A stretch of 30,820 bases of DNA from a virus. Lineage: Duplodnaviria > Caudoviricetes. Numbering within the stretch: position 1 is the stretch's first letter; every line of letters begins with the position of its first letter. The stretch covers positions 1-30,820 of IMG/VR virus record IMGVR_UViG_3300032320_002660, one strand, 5' to 3'. Both the position numbers and the translations under genes were made by a program. The notes under the pieces are model-generated. The model saw only the letters and a list, made by a program, of their open reading frames with translations, did not search any database and had not been told where the DNA came from. Shown one piece after another: positions 16,393 through 23,657 of this stretch.

Positions 16393-17643
16393 TTATCTAC
16401 CTACTTCTTTTAGATATTTCTCTTTACATTGTTCCCATGTCATACCGATTATATCAATGTAGTAAAGTGTTTCATCTTTTAATCTGCCTTCTGAATGTAG
16501 TGTTGTATATCTTTTTATTGCTTTATCTTTCCACCACTTAATCGTATAATCATCACCTTGTTCAAAAATAGGATTCAACTTTAATGTATCAGCTTGTATC
16601 TTGCTTTGTAAATATTGTTTACCATTCTCATGGAATAATGAAAAGTATACTCCTCTCTTAAATCCGTGATTGTATGTACCTACTTTAATTCCAATTTCTT
16701 TTAATATACGATTTAACATTATTTGCTTTGGGCCCGTTGCGGTTAAGTGATATTCATAAAAGTCAGGATAAGTTTCTCTAATCCAATTTAACCAGGGTCT
16801 ATACACACTATCATCAGGTTTAATTCCTACTTTACCTGCAGACTCACCTAATGTCTTAAAGTGTTTTATTCCATTATACATACTGCTTGCACCATATAAT
16901 GCAGTTGTGTGTATTGCACATAAAACATCATTGTATTTTCTAAACCATTCATCTCTAAATGTAGGTGAAGTTGTTAAGGCAGCCATTAACTTACCACCTA
17001 AGAAGTTATATCCTAATGGTTGTGTTGCAACGATTGTAGTTCCCATTGCAATGTTATTTAATTTACCATCCTTAAACTTATTATCCTTACTCCATCCAAT
17101 AAATTCATCTCTTACCTTTACACTTACTACATCACTGCCTAAAGAGACAACACCTAATAGTTTACCTGTTATTCTATCTTTCACATAAGCCTTTACATTC
17201 CTGCCAGGGTTTGCTGTAAACTCCATAGTTGAAATCAATCTCCTAATGTTAGTCCATTTAGTCATATCCTCTACAATCTCTACATATGGTTGTAATTCGT
17301 TTATTTCTGCAATAGTCAAATCCTTATCCATTATGTTTGTAGGTCTCCATATGTTATCGTAGTATGATTGTAATACAGGCAGTTTTTCCATAGAAGAATG
17401 TAAGTCTTTATTCCATTCCTGCCATTTCTTATAGAGTGTTGATTCCTCTACCGACATGCTAGCTAACATATTTAGATTGTCTAAAATATCATTCTTATTT
17501 CTTTCAAAGTCAAAATCGGTATCTACTTCAGGTCTATCCCAAAACTTTGTGCTAGTTTTTTCTTTTTTGATAAACATTTCATCTGTTATCATATCGAAAT
17601 CATCACAGAAGTTTTCGCCTGGTTCTAAATCAAAATCCTGCAT
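16393..17643 (-). CDS. Large DUF4338 (DruA-like) protein
   Basis: 'PGRNVKAYVKD..TGKLLGVVSLGSD...RDEFIGW...QPLGYNFLGGKLMA...TTALYGASSMYNG...LGESAG'. Confidence 0.75.
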   Translation of the reverse strand: MQDFDLEPGENFCDDFDMITDEMFIKKEKTSTKFWDRPEVDTDFDFERNKNDILDNLNMLASMSVEESTLYKKWQEWNKDLHSSMEKLPVLQSYYDNIWRPTNIMDKDLTIAEINELQPYVEIVEDMTKWTNIRRLISTMEFTANPGRNVKAYVKDRITGKLLGVVSLGSDVVSVKVRDEFIGWSKDNKFKDGKLNNIAMGTTIVATQPLGYNFLGGKLMAALTTSPTFRDEWFRKYNDVLCAIHTTALYGASSMYNGIKHFKTLGESAGKVGIKPDDSVYRPWLNWIRETYPDFYEYHLTATGPKQIMLNRILKEIGIKVGTYNHGFKRGVYFSLFHENGKQYLQSKIQADTLKLNPIFEQGDDYTIKWWKDKAIKRYTTLHSEGRLKDETLYYIDIIGMTWEQCKEKYLKEVGR

Positions 17644-17644
17644 A

Positions 17645-17806
17645 TTATTTTTTAGTTTCTTTTCTAATTAAATTATTCAACAATGCTGACATCTTAAATC
17701 CGTGATGATTACAATAGTCTTTTAATGCACTATGAACTTCTCTGCTGATTTGAACATATGCATATCTTTCATTGTTTGGTAATTTTGTTTGTTTTGTCTT
17801 TGTCAT
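17645..17806 (-). CDS. Ribbon-helix-helix DNA-binding protein (53 aa; start reassigned to ATG 17806)
   Basis: 'YAYVQISREVHSALKDYCNHHGFKMSALLNNLI' strand-helix-helix pattern. Confidence 0.7.
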   Translation of the reverse strand: MTKTKQTKLPNNERYAYVQISREVHSALKDYCNHHGFKMSALLNNLIRKETKK

Positions 17807-17819
17807 TTTTTTGTTTTTA

Positions 17820-18011
17820 TTAGTTGTTAAAGTATTTGTTCCATTGGATTGTATCTTGTGCAAGTTTATTTCCAAATTTCATATCTTCTGTTAATTCATC
17901 CTGAACTTTTAAGATTTCTTTTAATCGTTGGTTTTCTAATTCCAACTCTTTCATTTTTTTAGAAACATCGGTTACTTCACCTGTTTCTACATTTACTATT
18001 TGATTAAGCAT
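17820..18011 (-). CDS. Small coiled-coil protein
   Basis: 63 aa with 'VNVETGEV' and a coiled coil; overlaps the stop of the rep gene. Confidence 0.65.
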   Translation of the reverse strand: MLNQIVNVETGEVTDVSKKMKELELENQRLKEILKVQDELTEDMKFGNKLAQDTIQWNKYFNN

Positions 18012-18651
18012 ATATTCCGTTTTTATATTGTTGTAATTTCTTTTTGTAATTCATTTGTGCTGATGTATCATTGGGTAAGTAAAGTTCTAATACATTATCA
18101 AATCCTCCATAATCTTCATCTATTTCACTTAATACTGATTGTAGTTTGAACCTGCTGTCGATTGATATAAACTTATCTATAACTCTTTCTATCATTGGTC
18201 TTGTCAATTCTATATCAGTTTCATCTATCATATAATCTACATTAGTATTTTCTATTTCAATTATATCAGGAGCATTATATACTTGTAGTGCTTTCTCTTT
18301 ATCTATATCTTTATCTTTATCTTTATCTTTAAGGTTTTGTGGGTTAGGTTGGGTTTTCAAATAACCGATTGGGTTTTGTGGGTTATCTTCGGTTATAGTG
18401 AGTTTCTTAGGCCTACCACCACCTTTACCATTTTCTCTATTGGTTTTACATTTCTTATCGTAATTTTGTTTTTGCAAATCAAAATCTCTTTTAATGCTTA
18501 TAAAGATGCCTTTCACCAACATATCATCAAATTCAGTTGCAATACCCAATTCATACTTACCAATAGATTTGATTAACTTACCAGCTTGTTCATCTGTTAG
18601 TTCGTTAATCAATTCAAAGTGTGAAGGGTATATCAATGTGTTTTTTCCCAT
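18004..18651 (-). CDS. Replication initiator/replisome organiser (DUF6291-like; start reassigned to ATG 18651)
   Basis: 'LTDEQAGKLIKSI...YDKKCKTNRENGKGGGRPKK' followed by a repetitive linker and KDKDKDKD; the ORF-track start overlaps the promoter. Confidence 0.75.
   Translation of the reverse strand: MGKNTLIYPSHFELINELTDEQAGKLIKSIGKYELGIATEFDDMLVKGIFISIKRDFDLQKQNYDKKCKTNRENGKGGGRPKKLTITEDNPQNPIGYLKTQPNPQNLKDKDKDKDIDKEKALQVYNAPDIIEIENTNVDYMIDETDIELTRPMIERVIDKFISIDSRFKLQSVLSEIDEDYGGFDNVLELYLPNDTSAQMNYKKKLQQYKNGIYA
18333..18385. repeat. Iteron-like direct repeats inside the initiator gene (putative origin)
   Basis: GGTTTTGTGGGTTA at 18333-18346 and 18372-18385; TTGGGTTTT twice; adjacent (TTTATC)n AT-rich run. 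Confidence 0.6.
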
Positions 18652-18675
18652 ATATTTTATTTTTTGTGTTGTATA

Positions 18676-18725
18676 CAATATAAGATAATTTTTTGAAACT
18701 ACCAAATAAATTTGTATATTTCTTT
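18676..18725 (-). promoter_or_regulatory. Leftward host-sigma (Bacteroidota-type) early promoter
   Basis: Minus strand TTTG (18706-18703), 20-nt spacer, TATATTG (18682-18676); close to the Bacteroidota -33 TTTG / -7 TAnnTTTG consensus. Confidence 0.65.
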
Positions 18726-18773
18726 TGTTTTATTACACTTATATATATGGAAAAAATTTGTAAAACTTCAAAA

Positions 18774-18889
18774 TGTGGATAACTTTCATAAAGTGTTGAT
18801 AATCAATAACTTATAAATACGAGGTTTTTTACATGCATAAACCGTTAAAAATCAATGATTTATGTAAAATGTGGATAACTTGTGGATAA
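18774..18889. promoter_or_regulatory. Three perfect DnaA boxes
   Basis: TGTGGATAA (reverse complement of TTATCCACA) at 18774-18782, 18870-18878 and 18881-18889. Confidence 0.75.
18789..18862. repeat. Two 25-bp imperfect palindromes
   Basis: TAAAGTGTTGATAATCAATAACTTA (18789-18813) and TAAACCGTTAAAAATCAATGATTTA (18838-18862). Confidence 0.6.
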
Positions 18890-18905
18890 CTTATATAATA
18901 AAAAT

Positions 18906-18955
18906 AAAGAAATATACAAATTTATTTGGTAAATACAATAATTATTCGTATATTG
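18906..18955 (+). promoter_or_regulatory. Rightward host-sigma early promoter, mirror copy of the leftward one
   Basis: TTTG (18925-18928), 20-nt spacer, TATATTG (18949-18955); 26 bp identical to the reverse complement of 18700-18725. Confidence 0.65.
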
Positions 18956-19039
18956 TATATACAAAGGGTGAAAGAAATGAAACCCTTGTTCTTTGATTTA
19001 TTAAACACACACAAACTCGGGGGGAGTATAAACCACACA

Positions 19040-19342
19040 ATGATTATGAAAAAGATTTCATTTAATCAAGTTCCAGATATTCTTATAAAAGAATGGAATT
19101 TCACAAAAGTCACAGACAATTCATTAATATGTGACAATGGTCCCTGGTATTTTGAAATATACCTAAATCCTGCAAATCAAAAATTTGAAATGGAGGTTAC
19201 CATGGTAGTATTACCTACATGGCACCCGTTAGGAAAAGACTGGTTACCAACAAAACCTTATACACATCTAAAAAAATCCTATTCAACATTCAAATCCTTA
19301 CACGATACATTATGTGCGTATAGTGGGTGTGATAAGTTCTAA
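19040..19342 (+). CDS. Hypothetical early protein (start ATG 19040 or 19046)
   Basis: About 100 aa downstream of the rightward promoter; the ORF-track start lies inside the promoter. Confidence 0.6.
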   Translation: MIMKKISFNQVPDILIKEWNFTKVTDNSLICDNGPWYFEIYLNPANQKFEMEVTMVVLPTWHPLGKDWLPTKPYTHLKKSYSTFKSLHDTLCAYSGCDKF

Positions 19343-19354
19343 AAAACAAAAACA

Positions 19355-19376
19355 GGGGGAGTGAAATATCTCCCCC
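19355..19376 (+). other. GC-rich intergenic hairpin without a U-tail
   Basis: GGGGGAG-TGAAATAT-CTCCCCC between the two plus-strand genes. Confidence 0.55.
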
Positions 19377-19402
19377 ATTATTAAAAAGCAAAACACAAAA
19401 AT

Positions 19403-19615
19403 ATGTTTGAGAAATACAAAACAAAAAAAGAATTATTAAAGTTCTTAAATGCAGAATTAAAAGGCACACAAGTTAATTTATCTGAAATTAAAAAGAAATT
19501 CCCAGATACTCGTAAAGTAAAAAAGAATGATATGTATTATGGTGAAATGGTAAATAGAGTAATTCTATTAGCGGATATTATACATTGGGTTAAAGATTTA
19601 GAGGATACAAAATAA
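19403..19615 (+). CDS. Hypothetical basic early protein
   Basis: 70 aa, A-rich leader, followed by a terminator. Confidence 0.65.
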   Translation: MFEKYKTKKELLKFLNAELKGTQVNLSEIKKKFPDTRKVKKNDMYYGEMVNRVILLADIIHWVKDLEDTK

Positions 19616-19620
19616 AACAT

Positions 19621-19649
19621 TCCCCACCCTAAAAAGTGGGGATTTTTAT
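19621..19649 (+). terminator. Rho-independent terminator
   Basis: TCCCCAC-CCTAAAAA-GTGGGGA followed by TTTTTAT. Confidence 0.8.
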
Positions 19650-19710
19650 GCACAATTTTCACTTCCCGGAAATCACCCTAAAACTTTTTCAAACAAGCTT
19701 GTTAGATATT

Positions 19711-19818
19711 AAGTATGATTAAATAATACTTTGCCGTCAATCGTGACATAATTCGCAAAGTTCATACTTCAATTATAAGACCCCGTTAAGTTGTGCCATC
19801 TCTTACGGGGTCATTTTT
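19711..19818 (+). ncRNA. Candidate structured small RNA
   Basis: TGTTAGATA motif at 19700; nested stems AAGTATGA/TCATACTT, ACTTTGC/GCAAAGT and GTCA/TGAC; terminator GACCCCGT...ACGGGGTC plus T-run; no ORF. Confidence 0.55.
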
Positions 19819-19825
19819 ATGCATG

Positions 19826-19850
19826 AAAAAACCCCCATTTAAGAGGGTTT
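19826..19850 (-). terminator. Rho-independent terminator ending the minus-strand late operon
   Basis: Minus strand AAACCCTC-TTAAAT-GGGGGTTT followed by further Ts. Confidence 0.7.
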
Positions 19851-19903
19851 GGTTACTTTTGGTATATTATCCTTACTTTACAAAGAAAGTGTCTGTATTT
19901 GCG

Positions 19904-20173
19904 TTATAACCTATTTTGTTGTAGGTATTTTATCTCTACTCTTAATGCAGATACTTCCTCAACTAATTTTAAGATTTGTGCTCTCATAATTTCTTTCTCA
20001 TCAGATGATTCTTGTAGTAATGCTTCTAGTTTAGATATACGAGACGAACAGTCATTTTTAATCCATCTTTCGTTATCTTCTTTTATTGCAGCTCTTTTCT
20101 CAAAGAATCTCCATGCAGATGCACCACCTAATGTAGTTATTGCGGTTATAATTACTGTGTATATATTTTCCAT
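19904..20173 (-). CDS. Membrane-anchored coiled-coil protein (holin-like; start reassigned to ATG 20173)
   Basis: N-terminal hydrophobic helix 'IYTVIITAITTLGGASAWRFF' followed by a coiled coil. Confidence 0.55.
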   Translation of the reverse strand: MENIYTVIITAITTLGGASAWRFFEKRAAIKEDNERWIKNDCSSRISKLEALLQESSDEKEIMRAQILKLVEEVSALRVEIKYLQQNRL

Positions 20174-20175
20174 AG

Positions 20176-20484
20176 TTAGTCTTGTATTGGAATGCAATTA
20201 GGAACTTCTCTACCATCCATATCCTTTGTACCATATTGTTCATAACCTTCCCAACAAGGGTCGTTTGCATCTTTTAGATTGATACCTCTAAACTTTGTAT
20301 TGTATGTCACCGCAGCCATTACTTTAGCTGGTGTGTCTTTTATCTTAGACATATTTTCTTTGTCCCAATATGAGTAGCAAATTGCTGCAGCTTGAGATTG
20401 TTCATATCCATTATTGATTTCTTCACCTATACAACGAGAGATAAAATCGTTTTCACTCTCGCCTGATTTTACATTTACTGGCAT
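20176..20484 (-). CDS. Small phage head-associated-type protein
   Basis: 'GESENDFISRC...QAAAICYSYW' domain plus 'PCWEGYEQYGTK...VPNCIP' motif. Confidence 0.7.
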   Translation of the reverse strand: MPVNVKSGESENDFISRCIGEEINNGYEQSQAAAICYSYWDKENMSKIKDTPAKVMAAVTYNTKFRGINLKDANDPCWEGYEQYGTKDMDGREVPNCIPIQD

Positions 20485-20488
20485 AATA

Positions 20489-20821
20489 TTAATTATTTAC
20501 TTTGTATGTTTTATTATTAAATCTTACTTTATAGACTGTATTAAAGTCCAATGTTCTCCAATCACCATCTAGTCCTACTACTGGAATATTATACATATCC
20601 ACTTCGGCCTTTGTATCACTACCACCTGCAATTCCATTTCCAATAGGCCCGTCAATCCAATACATATCATAATATCTTTTACGACCTGTTTCGGTTATCC
20701 AACCTACTCTTGCAGGATTAGATTCAGTTGCTTGATTCAAAAGTATATCTTCAAATTCAGAAAAACTGATTGTTTGAGATATAAACTCAACTAGTTTCTT
20801 ATTTACACAATTACTTGTCAT
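20489..20821 (-). CDS. Hypothetical protein, possible SH3/WYL-like beta barrel
   Basis: C-terminal 'DGDWRTLDFNTVYKVRFNNKTYKV'; start ATG 20821 or 20854. Confidence 0.55.
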   Translation of the reverse strand: MTSNCVNKKLVEFISQTISFSEFEDILLNQATESNPARVGWITETGRKRYYDMYWIDGPIGNGIAGGSDTKAEVDMYNIPVVGLDGDWRTLDFNTVYKVRFNNKTYKVNN

Positions 20822-21845
20822 CTTTCTTTTTCTTTTTAGCAGGTTCTCCTGCATATGATGAATTAGGTATTGATGGCATATATCCTGCAGGTGCAGCTTC
20901 AGTTTCGGTTAGTAATCCTAACTCTCTTAATTTATTTCTACTGTATCCTAATCCTGCTTTACCACCCCATAATAAAAATGATATGGTGCCACACGAATTC
21001 ATATCACTCTCATCATAATATACTTCTGCTCTACTTAAATACGAATACATGCGTTTAAGTGTCTCAACTGAAATCGGTTCACCTTTAGCTAATTGTTGTG
21101 CTCTTACTTTACCTACTTGAGTTGCACATTTATTATTATTCTTTTCGTTTAACTCTATTCCTCTCTTTGCATTATTAGATACACCACTACCATAGTCAGC
21201 GTATGATTCCATTTCTATTCTTTGTCCTTTTCCGTATCTCTTATCTTTCTTAATGATTGCTTTGATTTGTCCTAATAGTATTTCAGCTTCTCCCTCTGTT
21301 AATTCATCTATTGCTTTCTCTAATGATAATTTCAAATCTGATTTACGATGTTCAAATAGGCCTTCTATACTATATCCGTTAAATGTTCCGTCTTTTACTT
21401 TTTTCCAAACATCATCATTCTCTACTTTGTATACTGCAAATAATGTTCCTTTTGGTAAAGTAAATCCGTATAAGTTTGATTTATCTTTTGTTGGTTGCTC
21501 TACTAACCATAATTCAGTTAAGTAAACACCTGATACTTTCTTACCATGTTCTTCGGTTACCTCTGCACCAAATCCATTCTTCATAAACTTTCTTGCAACA
21601 TTTTCAATTGTCTGCTCACTAAAATATACATAGTATCTTTCACCATCTTCACTCATTCTTAATATCTTCTTATTAGGAATTAACATAGGGCCGGCAACAA
21701 GTCTCTTTTCGTCAGATACTTCTGCAAAAAGGACTTCATTAGAAAAGTATACGAAATCTCTTTCTATTGCACCTGCAGCTACGAATGAATTGGCAAATAC
21801 ACCATCTTCTTCATCTTGTAATATCAGTTCATATAATTCTTCCAT
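20811..21845 (-). CDS. Prohead protease (XkdF-like) with a fused C-terminal domain (start reassigned to ATG 21845)
   Basis: 'KRLVAGPMLIPNKKI...EH...LPKGT...VWKKVKDGTFNGYSIEG'; second domain 'CATQVGKVRAQQLAKGEPIS...KRMYSYLSR...LLWGG'. Confidence 0.82.
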   Translation of the reverse strand: MEELYELILQDEEDGVFANSFVAAGAIERDFVYFSNEVLFAEVSDEKRLVAGPMLIPNKKILRMSEDGERYYVYFSEQTIENVARKFMKNGFGAEVTEEHGKKVSGVYLTELWLVEQPTKDKSNLYGFTLPKGTLFAVYKVENDDVWKKVKDGTFNGYSIEGLFEHRKSDLKLSLEKAIDELTEGEAEILLGQIKAIIKKDKRYGKGQRIEMESYADYGSGVSNNAKRGIELNEKNNNKCATQVGKVRAQQLAKGEPISVETLKRMYSYLSRAEVYYDESDMNSCGTISFLLWGGKAGLGYSRNKLRELGLLTETEAAPAGYMPSIPNSSYAGEPAKKKKKDDK

Positions 21846-21872
21846 ATTATCTTTTAACATAGTTTATTTTTT

Positions 21873-23657
21873 TTATCCACCAACAAATGTTGCTGCTCTA
21901 TTAGTTCTTCTATCTAATGCAGTTTGTGATTGAATTTCTTGTGATACAACATAAGCACGAACTGGCCTATTTTGTGATGCATTTATAGTTTGTGCAATTT
22001 GTGTAGTTGGATTCATTCCACCTGTTGTATTGATTTGTGGTGCAGCGATTGTTGGTATAGTTGGTGGAGTTATAGATGGTGCAGAAACAGAATCACCACC
22101 TCCTCCTTTTTGACCAGGCACTTTTGGTATCTTTGTAGATACAATTTTCTTAACATTTAATAAACCTGCAAGAATAACAGTACCTGCAGCAATTGCACCA
22201 AATGGAGGTGGATATGTTCCTAATGCTTTATTCGCACCCATATATGTATCAATTGTTGCCTGTGCAACTGCTAATGCTTTACCTGCAACTGTATTTTCAC
22301 CTACCGCTTGTGCAATAGTTCCTAATGCATTACTTATAATACCTAACTTAGCTTCTTGTTGTGCTTGTTCTATTTGAGTTCTTGCAGTTGCAGTTTCTTT
22401 ATCAAATGCAAGTAATGCATCTCCTGAAGCTTTTCTTGCAATCATATCCTCTCTTTCTAACTGACGAGTTTTGTCAAACGCAGCTATCTCATCTTGGAAT
22501 GTTGCATCACCTAATGCCTTTTTGTAATTGTAATCAGCCATTACAAGATTGGCAGCATCTACTCTAGCTTGTGATTCTGCATCAAATTTCTTTTGTGCAT
22601 CTTCCTCTGCCTTTTTATCTCTTTCTTCTGCTATCTTTGCTAAATCATCTGATACTTTTTTATCAGCATCTTCTTTTTCTTTTCTAGCTTTGTCTTGTCT
22701 TTCTTTTTCAGCATCTGCATATTTCTTATCAATTGCAGCAATTTCTTTTGCTTGTGCTTCTTTTAATGTAGTAGTATCTTCACCATACTTAGTTGCAAGA
22801 AATAAAAGTTTAGAATACTTTTCATTTGCTTTGAATATCTCTTGGTCTTGCTCTTTCATAAGAGATATCATTGCCTCTTTTTGCCCAGTCTCTATTTCCT
22901 TTAAGTCAGCGTCTCTTTTTGCTTTTGCTTCTTTTGCTCTTGCTGCAGCTTTATCTGCTGACTCTTTTGCTTTTTTATCTTTTTCATCTTGTAGTTTCTT
23001 TCCCTCCTCTACTCTTTTCTTTTCATCTTCTGCAAGTTTCTTAGCCATTTCATTATTTTGTTCTAATGAGCCGGTCACTTCTTGTATCTTACCATCTGAT
23101 ACTCCAAAGAATTTAGCAACCTTATTCATTACACTACCTAATGCTTCAAAACCTTTGGTTATGATAGGTAAGACTATGTTTCCAACTTTCTCTAATATTG
23201 CAAACAAAGGTGCAACGACTGCATTGAATGCTGACATTGCTTTTGATAGACCTTCTTGTCCTTCTTTTGTTTTACCTAATGCTTCTTTAATTGCAAAGAA
23301 TGCTGCAACTAACAAACCTACGATACCTAATGATATTGTAAGTGTTTTACCAAATGTTGCAAATGAATCACCAGCAGTTTTAATACCACTACCTAATTGA
23401 CCCAATGGGCCTGGTAGGGATGCAAGTCTATCTTCAAATTGTCCTGCCTTAAACTTTGCTCTATCTTGTGCATCATTTAAGTCATCTAATTTGGAACGCA
23501 ACTTTTCATATTCAGACCCAGTTGCTTTACCTTGCAGTTCTAATTTCTGCATAGCCGTTGTAGTTTCTCTAATTTGTGATTTAAGAGAACCTAACGCACC
23601 TTCTGCTTCTTCGGCATTGGTGTTTATATCAACTTCGATTTCAACTACTTCTGCCAT
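21873..23657 (-). CDS. Tape measure protein
   Basis: 594 aa, Ala/Lys/Glu-rich coiled coils with hydrophobic segments; C-terminal 'PVRAYVVSQEIQSQTALDR'. Confidence 0.8.
   Translation of the reverse strand: MAEVVEIEVDINTNAEEAEGALGSLKSQIRETTTAMQKLELQGKATGSEYEKLRSKLDDLNDAQDRAKFKAGQFEDRLASLPGPLGQLGSGIKTAGDSFATFGKTLTISLGIVGLLVAAFFAIKEALGKTKEGQEGLSKAMSAFNAVVAPLFAILEKVGNIVLPIITKGFEALGSVMNKVAKFFGVSDGKIQEVTGSLEQNNEMAKKLAEDEKKRVEEGKKLQDEKDKKAKESADKAAARAKEAKAKRDADLKEIETGQKEAMISLMKEQDQEIFKANEKYSKLLFLATKYGEDTTTLKEAQAKEIAAIDKKYADAEKERQDKARKEKEDADKKVSDDLAKIAEERDKKAEEDAQKKFDAESQARVDAANLVMADYNYKKALGDATFQDEIAAFDKTRQLEREDMIARKASGDALLAFDKETATARTQIEQAQQEAKLGIISNALGTIAQAVGENTVAGKALAVAQATIDTYMGANKALGTYPPPFGAIAAGTVILAGLLNVKKIVSTKIPKVPGQKGGGGDSVSAPSITPPTIPTIAAPQINTTGGMNPTTQIAQTINASQNRPVRAYVVSQEIQSQTALDRRTNRAATFVGG

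Noticed and set aside
13354-17643. Complete Druantia defence system
   Set aside because: Only DruA-like domains are present; there is no DruE helicase or DruB-D, and the context is a phage early-middle operon.
18926-19039. ORF-track N-terminal extensions here and at 18705, 21860, 10777, 17875 and 15986
   Set aside because: They overlap promoter motifs or neighbouring genes; downstream ATGs with A-rich leaders are more plausible starts.
19615-19900. tRNA or attP site in the intergenic region
   Set aside because: No cloverleaf or T-loop GTTCRA motif was seen, and there is no integrase in the window.
22549-23400. 283-aa plus-strand ORF
   Set aside because: It is antisense to the Lys/Glu/Ala coiled coil of the tape measure gene, which explains its Ser/Phe/Leu-rich translation.
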